Positions 20,201 through 28,800 of a stretch of 56,057 bases of DNA are shown here, one piece after another. This stretch comes from a virus. Its lineage: Duplodnaviria; Caudoviricetes. Position 1 is the first letter of the stretch. Every line of letters starts with the position of its first letter. The stretch spans positions 1-56,057 of IMG/VR virus record IMGVR_UViG_3300023105_000041; one strand, 5' to 3'. The translations under genes were made by a program, and so were the position numbers. The notes under the pieces are model-generated. The model was given only the letters and a program-made list of their open reading frames with translations. It was not told where the DNA came from and did no database searches.

Positions 20201-20778
20201 ATAGTTCCACCAACTGTTAAATCATTTGTTATTGTAGCATTATTACCAACACTTAAATCACTATCTAATGTAGTATTACCCGTTACATCTAATGTATTAT
20301 CTATATCAGTTGCTACATTTACTTGTAATCCATTGTTTGGAGAAATTACTGCTTCTGCAGAACCAGATTTTAATCTATCAATGTCACCAATTGCATCAGC
20401 AGGTACATTATATAAACCACCACCATCACCTCTATAAAGGGATGCAGATACAATACCATCTATATTTGTATTGACATTTATTTCTAAAGTTGTACCATTA
20501 GATACCGATGCAGTTGCATTTCCTTCTGCTATTCTTGAAATATCACCAGTAAGTGCTGTTGTTGGAATACTTTCTAATTGAGAACCATCACCTTTGAATG
20601 AACCAGTAAACGAACCACTAAATGAAGATGCAGTAATACCACCCTCTACATTTAAAGATGTATTAATATCAACCGAAGATGTTGATATATTAACCTGCTC
20701 TATACCTTGTACATCAATCGAAAGTAAACTTTGACTGACCTGATTTATTCCGTTTGGGTTCTTTCCTCCGTATTCCAT
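11263..20778 (-). CDS. Giant tail fibre (3171 aa) with Gly-Ser-Ser triplet shaft and C-terminal peptidase S74 intramolecular chaperone
   Basis: C-terminus YSDMRLK...IENALEKVGKLNG..Y...GLSAQDV..ILPEIV...IQYDKVVPLLVNAINEQ plus coiled coil; GSS block; repeated YYD..NT.YY.DP linkers. Confidence 0.9.
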   Translation of the reverse strand: MEYGGKNPNGINQVSQSLLSIDVQGIEQVNISTSSVDINTSLNVEGGITASSFSGSFTGSFKGDGSQLESIPTTALTGDISRIAEGNATASVSNGTTLEINVNTNIDGIVSASLYRGDGGGLYNVPADAIGDIDRLKSGSAEAVISPNNGLQVNVATDIDNTLDVTGNTTLDSDLSVGNNATITNDLTVGGTITSTELITTFVSSSVIYASGSNVFGDESSDTHQFTGSVLIKDSVVIPVFSSEPAGGQIGQLYYNDTDTNIYRYTSTGWEEAAGTAGTSGTSGTSGTSGSSGSSGSSGSSGSSGSSGVSGTSGSSGSSGSSGSSGSSGSSGSSGSSGSSGSSGSSGTDGSAGTDGSAGSSGSSGSSGSSGSSGSSGSGGSSGSSGSSGSSGSSGTSGSGGSSGIDGPQGPQGNPGTSGSSGSSGSSGSSGEDGAPGTSGSSGSSGSSGSSGSSGSSGIDGVGGESGSSGSSGSSGSSGSSGSSGSSGIDGNPGTSGSSGSSGSSGTSGRDGASGEGGTPGTSGSSGSSGSSGSSGSSGSSGLTGESGSSGSSGSSGSSGSSGSSGSSGSDGSSGSSGSSGSSGTDGAQGVDGDPGTSGSSGSSGSSGSSGSSGTNGSSGSSGTSGTSGSSGSSGTNGSSGSSGTSGTSGSSGSSGSSGSSGSSGSSGSSGSSGSSGTDGSAGSSGSSGSSGSSGSSGSSGTSGSGGTSGLLSLTGNTDNGVITLNGSAPNATVESNLTFDGTTLNITGNLNVTGTQTIVNTETIQLADNIITLNSNFTSGTPSENSGIEVLRGSSATKQFYWKESNDRWYADSTLETDGGFHVKEGIYFTGNNQSTIYTPTADSIKFSTLGVGERYNFGPTGTMTIYGDQIIRTIGGTLTIGNYGGSGTLSFRTAAVERLAIAANGEATFTGVVNATKLNTGHGDNELYAMDQNVRTTDSPTFAGMTLNGTLTLGSNVINDVEDIYLRDRIYHDGNTGTYMQFHATDQWRIVTNNVERLEVNNSAVKVSTTLDVTGRITPDTPADYDQTAVTSLTNAPIYYDEVNVGTTDTFLPAFHMRSRYTSGYRTHMNVGLYKRASAWGDNDTGFYIALGGNDSYPTKYWKFTYGHSIYNSEGYVTTPGSFRSDIFYNWTDTTYRIDGNGSSILRDLELRTNGLRLARNYTNNAIWFNGGTDANHVLWNDYYGGPGGRGAAGSGTLDGMKWNTLQGLHIRGGSGGAYDIAKFWNPSSSTANGHYVQLYANNSEKLRTISTGVRVYGEYQINDSNTQLEEGSGNSLRVRTNSGYVDMGPMNGTYAHFQTDRGNFYFNKRVQFDGGIQAYDTSDYAYFPTYYNWTDTGYYGDFNSTSRLNRIKVSNLYGSSERRFVNPEGGTSTSNAGSTTGAIRIRLPQNRRNSSTMLRMTIKVYEYSTGRSSTFEIGGYNYGPGNWYNIFATQLTDAGRSAFTIRWGDDGSREFITIGETNTTWSYPQVYITEVQTGHSGYSTNWGSGWSVDFVTSISGVEQTRTASLVLTTNNTSNTGDLYGGNAYFYRYYDRDNAAYFTEPASISYMHELRVDDYIRHNGDTNTYILFETDRMYLYAGGRRMMEMDEGTDPDILQLGDSATRTVNQGQLIVGDTTVRYSSGDNTPLVSGLNSSVLHVDGSIQLRNNADALIIGRSTSSFFKDEEIGFGWGGGWYMTEGSLLRVRNNKIVYSTNNADFGTFRRYNNTGYYLNPAAGNTSVALNTNGIINRIGFQTSGDGNNNAVIKAQDYSHWIWQTATDWGIFWAGNDNPYRSYWSSSNPNEFVFIGNGSLRASIDLDNGNTYFGGQVRASIYYDHNTSYYVDPAGTSRLNNLLVTGNRIGFINTSYDAEIRVNDGNPNGAGAEFVFYGDTGSGNAQLTAEVGNFYNQVITRALTDTDNSAYRIEPNSDSRLNNLRVDGTLDLNGPIVAEDYIALDDFYTVPIKSTMTASGTQARTFEIARISMDWNDWNSTGTFEVELHERYFGRGSKKTYMVYWGYYNGYQARLVENRTWGYDYYRVRIGSPVTISGDIRYVPVYVDVRYYAQVDAIIRTNRDVTFTDSTPSRSWAYINQSPGATNISDFSPDTIAYPSMDNAIASSRYYDTNTSYFGDFGSEIRMPYQNGGTMRLRTNTHWDNQSGIDLIGGAGEFRMSSDVGNLNLRVDGWGIFYDYLQSRIFYDLDNSGYRVDPRNTSIMSGLRLDGIDNQASGDDAILWINKPNNNDWGMIVTGNLDYGIDLRMASNHTYGLRLLSGGSESFLLNHDYARHNSDMRSPIYYDWTNTGYYVNPDGYSNMGDIRGTEIYARNWFRNDNSGEGLYNQATAMHWYSTGNRTWRLYGTQSTVEINMATAGNNTRGYLYATNSNEIGLLDSGGSWAIRHQNDNGTYFYSDNGSLEARIGIDTVGASYGTMRVDRRLNGWSGYSIEGRWVFMHDGSSAAGLYNDVNNEWAVLMYRNSWVGLYYNGSRKIETYSGGAYTIGEQRADFYRDRNNSGYYMDPWGFTNFGRTSGPVMQITKTGSGGTAGNSVTLLVRNQYGNHSWGITGEFRTEGSGGGDRPSILFSSAMTGTTWSVGYGYADDNFRINQNHGYRNGSWGTARLLIDTGGRVYNYVETRTPFIYDNNDTYYYWDGNGTSRSNVSQAFRFANNYDVSSNTEFGLYFSSGRSTAYAIYREGGGWSYRYPDLRIAFHTGIKFGANASYNGMRFYNDYNMATQVMSVNNSTDPLGTNNVYVNYNLQAGDSLRAPVFYDSNNTGYYFDGASGHSTRFEGANARTMAWLGQPGHTRDSGEYYRARPRITGDTNYWTGAYGWGRQDFTTAVADWGSGFIDTWSNPGNQPSGTSHWVGIQSYHYSNGSSRYGWQMVGGPITNLRFRSTWGGFRGWRTIPVLDENNGNGGAMYAGSYYDANDTGYYCNPNGTSQLRYVLANDWFRPQGATGVYFQSYGYGLWAVGAQGGQYGNVSTYGGGVNGWEGWSISGRAVFMHNGSSSTGIYNDVNNEWMIYGIHNSYMEIDYNGSWKGRAESWGWRVNGDMRASSNVIAYYSDMRLKDKEGDIENALEKVGKLNGFYYRNNKEANLIGYEGRELQVGLSAQDVKSILPEIVKPAPLAESLGYDYMTIQYDKVVPLLVNAINEQKEIVDSQKEEIEYLKSELSEMKEMLKQLLKK
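18649..19956 (-). repeat. Gly-X-Y (GSS/GTS) low-complexity coding repeat, about 435 aa
   Basis: 9-nt periodic + strand CCACTTGAA-type units. Confidence 0.95.
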
Positions 20779-20788
20779 TAACCTCTAT

Positions 20789-21121
20789 TTATGATATCTC
20801 TAATACTGAAACAATTACATCTGCCGAACTATTTACATTAGATGTTACTGTCATTGAATCATTTGCTTCCAAAACTACTTTTTGGTCACCACCTACTAAA
20901 ACAGCAGATGAACCATTTGGGATAACTGCACCTTTTACTAAATATTTAGTAACTCCAGCAGAGTTATCAGTTACTTGTACATCTACATAAATATTTTGAG
21001 ATACAATATTTGCCACATTTACACCAATCACGGTAGTTGATGTAGCAGCCGGAGTTGTATAAACATTTAATCCACCCGTTCCTGCAGGGCCTTTTATACT
21101 ATTTTTAAATGTATTTGCCAT
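20789..21121 (-). CDS. Small beta-rich virion protein, putative fibre adaptor (MANTFK family)
   Basis: VYTTPAATSTTVIGVNVAN...LVKGAVIPNGSS....KVVLEAND...DVIVSVLEIS; immediately upstream of the fibre gene. Confidence 0.65.
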   Translation of the reverse strand: MANTFKNSIKGPAGTGGLNVYTTPAATSTTVIGVNVANIVSQNIYVDVQVTDNSAGVTKYLVKGAVIPNGSSAVLVGGDQKVVLEANDSMTVTSNVNSSADVIVSVLEIS

Positions 21122-21125
21122 ATTT

Positions 21126-21458
21126 TTATCCTAATGCTATTGAGAATGCTAATGCAGAATCTAAAACATCTACACCATCAACTGTAAATGAATTACCTTC
21201 TGTTATATTAACCGAACCACTAACTTCAACAGAACCACTATTAATTATATTAGTGATTCCTTCTGAATTTGTTGTACCAACTGTTAAAGTTTCTCTAATT
21301 GTTAAATCACCAAATTCTGCCTGTTCAACCGTAATATCACCAACAAACGAACCGCTAAGTGAACCAGTAAATGAACCAGTAAATGAACCACTTAATTCAG
21401 CATATGCCGATGGAGCTTGGGTAATCGAACCAGAAAAACTTGGGCCATCTATTCTCAT
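21126..21458 (-). CDS. Short virion structural protein ending in AFSIALG
   Basis: SGSF/TGSF repeats, C-terminal ALAFSIALG, AGGA SD, TATTTATA upstream. Confidence 0.6.
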   Translation of the reverse strand: MRIDGPSFSGSITQAPSAYAELSGSFTGSFTGSLSGSFVGDITVEQAEFGDLTIRETLTVGTTNSEGITNIINSGSVEVSGSVNITEGNSFTVDGVDVLDSALAFSIALG

Positions 21459-21475
21459 AATAAATCCTTATTTGA

Positions 21476-21483
21476 TATAAATA
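21476..21483 (-). promoter_or_regulatory. Putative late-promoter motif TATTTATA
   Basis: In the 38-nt gap, 18 nt above ATG 21458. Confidence 0.55.
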
Positions 21484-21496
21484 TTAAGTTTTTTGT

Positions 21497-21955
21497 TTAT
21501 GAGGGTTTTGTTGGCCATGTAATATTATATGGGTCTGATTGATTTGTTATATCTCGAAGTGATTGTCTATATGTTTGCCAATCAGTTAAAGAAGAACCTG
21601 TTATCGGTGAATCTTGGAATTGTGTCCAATCTGATTCAGCTAATAAAGTATTTCGTGTACTTCTTACTTCAGACCATTTAATTTCTTTTCTTTTATTTAT
21701 AGTTTCTTCGTTTGCATCACTCACTTCGTATGTCTGTACATAAATAGAGCCAGATAAAGTTGGTGTTATCTCAACTACATCTTTAGTGTCATCATTATCA
21801 TATCCACTATCTTTAAGTTCAACTTTATATACACCAAAAGTTTCTAATAAACTATCCGATATTGTAGATGGAAAGCTTATATTCCGATTATCCAACTTTA
21901 ATTGTTGAATTGAATATGGGTAAGTTATATTTGAGCCTGAAACTTTTAGATACAT
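21497..21955 (-). CDS. Tail fibre assembly chaperone
   Basis: WSEVRSTRNTLLAESDWTQFQDSP...WQTYRQSLRDIT...ITWPTKP signature. Confidence 0.88.
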   Translation of the reverse strand: MYLKVSGSNITYPYSIQQLKLDNRNISFPSTISDSLLETFGVYKVELKDSGYDNDDTKDVVEITPTLSGSIYVQTYEVSDANEETINKRKEIKWSEVRSTRNTLLAESDWTQFQDSPITGSSLTDWQTYRQSLRDITNQSDPYNITWPTKPS

Positions 21956-21961
21956 AATATT

Positions 21962-22885
21962 TTATTTAAATGTTGAAGGTATTGATGCAAAATTTGTTAA
22001 TCCATTACAAAATGCAAAACAATCAGTACCAACCGGAGATGAAGTTCTTTCCCAAATCTCATCACCACTCGGTGTATCGGTTGGAGTTGTTCCACCAAGT
22101 TGATTTGCAGTAGTTGCCATATTAAATGCATTAGCAAATGTTGTAACTTGTTGGTTATTTGTAAAGAAATTATCTGGTATTGCAGTTAAAGCCCTGCAGT
22201 TTCTGAATACTGATGAAAAGTTTGCAACTATTTGATTATTATCAAACAATCCATCAGGAATTGATGTTAGTGCTAAACATGCATTAAATGTACCAGAAAA
22301 TGAGGTTACCTGTGTATTATTATCGAACAATCCAGTTGGGATTGATGATACACCTGTACAGAATACAAATGTATCTACAAATGATTTAACATTTGATGAA
22401 TAACTAAACAAGCCAGATGGAATTGATGTTATTCCGGTTTGTCTAAATGTTGAATCAAATCTTAAAACTGTATTTAATCCCTCATTTAGGGTTGCAACAC
22501 CACTATTATTTGGGATATATGTTAAGTTATTACATCCATAAAAATCTATTTGTTCAAATTCAACCACACCCCAATCATCAATAGTTCGATATAATCCTTT
22601 ATATGATGAATTATTATTTACATTAAATCCAGGGCAATATCCATTGACTATAATTTGATATGTCCCTGCAGTTGAATATGTATGAAATCGATTGGATGAT
22701 GCTGCCGATGTTATTGTTGTAGTACTACTACTATCACCCCAATCAACTGTTATATTTGGTTGTTTTCCATTTGGTGAAGTTAATGGTAACTCATATAGAG
22801 TATTTGCCCCACCGGTCTGTATTGTAAATTTAAAAGGTCTCACTTGTCCTGCTTCTATTGAAATTAATCTTCTTGCTATACTCAT
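21962..22885 (-). CDS. PKD-like + BspA/DUF285-type leucine-rich-repeat protein, putative fibre-tip adhesin
   Basis: VDWGD...HTYSTAGTYQI (PKD-like), then 4-5 repeats of about 25 aa F..C..LTSIP.GLF.NN..V..F. Confidence 0.75.
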   Translation of the reverse strand: MSIARRLISIEAGQVRPFKFTIQTGGANTLYELPLTSPNGKQPNITVDWGDSSSTTTITSAASSNRFHTYSTAGTYQIIVNGYCPGFNVNNNSSYKGLYRTIDDWGVVEFEQIDFYGCNNLTYIPNNSGVATLNEGLNTVLRFDSTFRQTGITSIPSGLFSYSSNVKSFVDTFVFCTGVSSIPTGLFDNNTQVTSFSGTFNACLALTSIPDGLFDNNQIVANFSSVFRNCRALTAIPDNFFTNNQQVTTFANAFNMATTANQLGGTTPTDTPSGDEIWERTSSPVGTDCFAFCNGLTNFASIPSTFK

Positions 22886-22894
22886 AACTATTCA

Positions 22895-25800
22895 TCAACT
22901 TACATTATTCGCACTCAAGAATCCATAATATGTAATTCCACCATCATAAGTATAGAATACTAATATATCTTTTCCACTCGTTGTTAGTGTAGGTGCTGCA
23001 CCATTTGCCCACTCTATATTTGCAGGCCATTGAACTGTTGCACCACTACCTCCATCTTCTAATAATAATGTAAATCCAATTGCACGAGGACCATTTGGTG
23101 GATTTGAAATATTAAGTGTTGTAATATTTCCTGTTCTATTAATTCTGAAATTATTTGCAGTTTCTAAATTAATAGTCACTGTTCCACTTGCATTTCCTAT
23201 GTTGTTATAGTTTTCATGGAATCTTGTAGAGAATGTAGCATCACTTACATCTAAATCACCCGTTATATCTAATAAGTTACCATCAAATGTTAAATTAGCC
23301 TCTGCAGTTGCAGTTCCATCACCATCTGCAGTAAGAACTCTATCTGCACCATCGGTTGCTATTTCTATTGCACCATCAACACCAGATGAACCACTCGAAC
23401 CACTTGTACCAGATGAACCTGCTGAACCATCCGTACCCGCACCAGAAGTACCACTACTTCCACTTGAGCCACTTGAACCAGATGAACCAAATAGAGTACC
23501 ATCTAAACCAGAAGTACCACTTGAACCACTTGAACCACTTGAACCACCTAAACCAGATGTACCCGATGAACCCGATGTGCCAGAAGTACCTGAAGAACCA
23601 AATAAAGTTCCATCCAATCCACTTGTACCAGAAGTACCCGAAGTACCAGCAGAGCCCGTTGAACCATCAGTACCATTAGCTCCACTTGTTCCACTACTTC
23701 CACTTGTTCCAGAAGTACCACTTGAACCAAATAAAGTTCCATCCAATCCACTTGTACCACTCGTACCACTTGAACCAGCAGAACCATCAGTACCAGCACC
23801 AGAAGTACCACTTGAACCAGATGTACCACTCGTACCACTTGAACCAAAGAATGTACCATCTACACCATCGGTTCCAGATATACCACTTGTACCAGATGTA
23901 CCAGCACTTCCACTTTCTCCACTCGTACCACTCGTGCCTGAAGTTCCACTTGTACCACTACTTCCAAATAAAGTACCATCTAAACCAGAAGTTCCAGATG
24001 TTCCAGCCGTACCTGTTGTACCACCAGTACCCGATGTACCACTTGTACCAGATGTACCAGATGTACCCGAAGAACCAAAGAAAGTACCATCAGCACCACT
24101 CGTTCCACTTGTACCCGATGTACCACTTGTTCCACTTATACCACTTGTACCAGATGTACCACTTGAACCAATACCACTCGTACCACTCGTGCCCGAAGTT
24201 CCAGATGTTCCAAAGAAAGTACCATCAATACCACTCGTACCCGATGAACCAGATGAACCAGATGTTCCTGCACCAGAAGTACCCGAAGTTCCACTACTTC
24301 CGCTTGTACCACTTGAACCAAAGAATGTACCATCTAACCCAGAAGTACCCGAAGTTCCACTTGTGCCCGAAGTACCCGATGTACCAGCACCACTTGTTCC
24401 ACTCGTACCACTACTTCCACTACTTCCAAAGAAAGTACCATCTACACCACTTGTACCCGAAGTTCCTGCTGTACCAGATACACCCGAAGTTCCACTAATT
24501 CCACTCGTTCCACTCGTACCACTTGAACCACTACTTCCAGCAAATGTACCATCTACACCGCTCGTACCCGATGTACCATCAGAACCAATACCACTTGTAC
24601 CCGAACTGCCACTCGAGCCCGATGTACCAGAACTTCCACTCGTTCCACTCGTTCCACTTGTACCACTACTTCCGAAGAAAGTACCATCTTGACCACTCGT
24701 ACCAGAAGTTCCCGATGAACCACTTGCACCACTCGTACCACTTGAACCTGCAGCTCCATCAACACCAGATGTTCCACTTGAACCAGATGAACCAAAGAAT
24801 GTACCATCTAAACCAGATGTTCCACTACTTCCACTCGTACCCGAAGTTCCACTCGAACCACCAGTTCCATCAGTTCCACTTGAGCCAGATGTTCCTGATG
24901 TTCCTGAGCTACCACTTGTTCCTACTGAACCAGATGTTCCACTTGTTCCACTTGAGCCAGTAATACCACTTGTTCCACTACTTCCACTTGAACCAGATGT
25001 TCCACTTGTTCCACTCGTACCACTACTTCCTTCTGCAGATGTACCACTTGAACCACTTGTTCCACTTGAGCCACTCGTACCACTACTTCCACTTGAACCA
25101 CTCGTGCCAGATGAACCACTACTTCCACTTGTTCCACTTGTACCACTTGAGCCAGATGAACCAGATGAACCTGCAGAACCAGAAGTTCCTTGTGCACCAG
25201 ATGTACCAGATGTACCACTACTTCCTTCGGCCGAAGTACCACTCGAACCTGCCGAACCACTACTTCCAGATGTACCGGATGAACCAGATGTTCCGCTTGT
25301 TCCTGAGCTACCACTTATTCCACTCGTACCACTTGTACCACTACTTCCACTTGAGCCAGAAGTTCCACTACTTCCACTCGTACCACTTGTACCAGATGTA
25401 CCCGAAGTTCCGGCAGTTCCACTTGTACCAGAAGTACCCGATGTGCCTGAAGTTCCACTTGTACCCGATGTTCCGTTCGTTCCACTCGTTCCACTTGTAC
25501 CGCTTGTACCCGAAGTACCTGCTGAACCAGTTGTTCCACTACTTCCACTCGTACCAGATGTTCCACTCGTTCCACTTGTACCGGCTGAACCACTTGAACC
25601 TTGTGCACCCGAAGTACCACTTGTTCCACTCGTTCCTGCAGTACCCGTTGTTCCACTTGTTCCACTACTTCCACTTGAGCCACTCGTACCACTTGTACCA
25701 CTCGTACCTGCAGAACCAGATGAACCAGTTTCACCATCTTGACCACTTGTACCACTTGAACCTGCAGAACCTGTTGAACCAGAAGAACCACTTGAGCCAG

Positions 25801-28800
25801 AACTTCCAGAACTACCACTTGTACCACTTGAGCCACTGCTTCCACTCGAACCACTTGAACCAGATGAACCACTACTTCCACTTGAGCCAGATGAACCAGA
25901 TGAACCATCCGAACCACTTGAGCCTGAACTGCCCGATGAACCACTTGAGCCAGATGAACCACTTGAGCCAGATGAACCAGATGAACCAGAAGTTCCACTT
26001 GCACCAGATGAACCAGATGAACCAGAAGTTCCACTTGTACCATGCTTGTCAACAATCTCAATAGTTCCAATCATTGATGCATGGTTTACACATTGGTAAA
26101 CTATACTATCCGGTGCATCTTCAGGTACTCTGTATTCAATTAATACTGATGTACTATGTTTTCCATTTGTTGGGTCATTGTTTGTTGTACCAGGAACTGC
26201 TGTTGTACTTTCACTTGCCAATCTTAATGCAAATGGATGAGATGAACTCACACCACTAACATCAAAATAATAAAGTTCTCCCCTTACAACAGTTAGTGTT
26301 GGGAAGTTTCCAGCATATCCATCAAATGAATAATTAAATCCATCTTGATTTACTATATATAATCTACCACCTTCTCTACCAGCAGTACCTGATGTTCCAC
26401 TCGTTCCCGAAGTACCACTTGTACCAGAAGTTCCACTTGTACCACTTGTACCGGAAGTTCCGGCAGAACCAGTTGTACCACTTGAACCACTACTTCCACT
26501 TGAACCACTTGAACCACTACTTCCACTCGAACCACTTGTTCCACTTGAGCCTGATGTACCAGATGTTCCACTTGTTCCACTCGTTCCAGAAGTTCCAGCA
26601 GTTCCACTTGAGCCTGATGTTCCTGAAGTTCCACTTGTGCCCGAAGTACCACTCGTTCCACTCGTACCCGAAGTGCCCGATGTTCCTCCACTACCAGATG
26701 TTCCACTTGTTCCAGATGTACCGGATGTACCAGATGTACCAGATGTACCAGATGTACCTCCACTACCAGATGTTCCACTTGTACCTGCAGAGCCAGTTGA
26801 ACCACTTGTACCACTTGTACCAGATGAACCACTTGAGCCACGAGTTCCACTTGTACCACTTGTACCACTTACTGCAGTTACTGGTCTTGTTTCTATTCTA
26901 TTTGTAGTTTCATTTAATACTAATACTGTATCTGATGTTCCTTCTTCTAATCCAAAGAATTCTACACTACCAGTTACACCTAAACTACCAGTTATTTCTA
27001 ATCTACCTTCAAATGATGCAGTTCCCGTATTTGGTAAGAAATTCTCTCCAACAAAATCACCAGCATTTAATGCAAATGACGCGGTTGCTGCATAAGATGA
27101 TGAAAGTACAGTCATCGATGCAGTTTGGTCATTTTTCACATAATCTTCAGCAGATACAGCATTTATAGCATAAGATGCAGATAATGCATATGATGCAGAT
27201 AAAACTGTCATCGAAGCCGTTTGGTCTGTTCTTACAAATAATGAAGTGTCAAAATCACCGGCATTGATTGCAAATGACGCAGTTTCGGCAAATGAGGCCG
27301 AAAGTACAGTCATCGATGCAGTTTGGTCATTTCTTACATAGTTATCTAAATTTGCAAGTTCTGCTAATGAAGCAGAATCAAACCCTAATATGTTTGATGC
27401 AGTTGCAGCATTTTTTGCAAATTCTGCATATGATGCAGAAAGTACCGTTCCCACTACATCAGAACCTTGAACAAATCCAGATAATCTACCACCAGTACCA
27501 ATTACTGCCTGACCACTTGTCAATCCACTAAATGTTACTCTGACTGATGAACTATTGATTGATTCTATTGCCTGTGGAATAATCATTCCATTTGAACCAG
27601 TTTCATAAATCTGAACAACAGGATAATCTATTCCGAAATTATGTTGGAAAGTTACTTGAGTTACATCAGAGAATGGGAATACTGCAGTATCACCAAATTG
27701 TGTTACAGGTCTAAACTTATTTGCATCAGCATCGAATACTAAAATATCTAAATCATCTGGTATATCAATTCCTTGATTTTCACCTTGATATGGTCCTACA
27801 AACGATGAAGTAATTCTTGGTGTAAATACTTCAGTTCTTGCAAATATTTTAGATGCACTAATATCATTTTTGAAATCAACATTACCAAAGAATGTTGAAC
27901 CACTCTCTATTGAAGTTACTACAAATCCATCATCAGGATTTGTTGATGCAGTTACCGAACCACTTAAAATTCTACTTTGGTCTAAACCTTCAATTGCATC
28001 AGCAGGAATATTAAATAATCCTTCACCACTACCACTAAAGAATCCACTACCCGATGGAATTGTTATATTACCTTCAAATGTTGAACCACTAAATGGAGAG
28101 AATACTTTAAATCCACCAATTGGGTCAACTGATGCACTAATACCACCACTAATGATAAGAGGTAATGATAAATCTTCTAATGCCTCAGCAGGGATATTGA
28201 ACAATCCACCACCATCACCAACGAATAATGTACCACTAATTTGATTGTTTACAACTAAACCATCATCAGGTGATACAACTGCTTGAGTAGCACCAGAAAT
28301 AATTCTATCTAATTGTAAATCTTCAAGTGCATCAAGAGGAATGTTATAAAGTCCACTACCATCACCACGATAGACTGATGCCGAGATTGATTCTGAAATA
28401 TAAACCGAACCACTAAATTCCGAAGTTACTGCCCCACCTACATTATCAAATACTCTGAAGAATCCATCTTCAGAAACTGATGCTGAAACTGAACCTGTGA
28501 ATATTTTTGATGAATCAATTGCTAAATTTGCAATATCAATATTAGTAATACCACTACCATCACCAGTAATAATACCACCGACATTCAGAGATTCGGATAC
28601 ATTAAGTGAACCACTTAAAGATGTAAGTACACTCGCAGTAACACCTTGGTCAAATACTTTAAATTCGTTATCTACTAATGATGCGGTTGCAGACCCACTC
28701 TCTAATCTATCTAATTTAAGTGCTAAGTTTGCAATTGAAATATTTGTAATACCACTACCATCACCACTAATTACACCATCATCAACACTAAATGAACCAG

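Noticed and set aside
18649-26870. Possible CRISPR array or non-coding satellite
   Set aside because: Repeats are 9-nt codon-phased units with synonymous variation inside ORFs; no repeat-spacer structure
23356-27095. Pro-Leu-Val/Glu (PLVPEVP) and His-rich + strand ORFs up to 371 aa
   Set aside because: Antisense translations of GTS codons, confined to the repeat blocks
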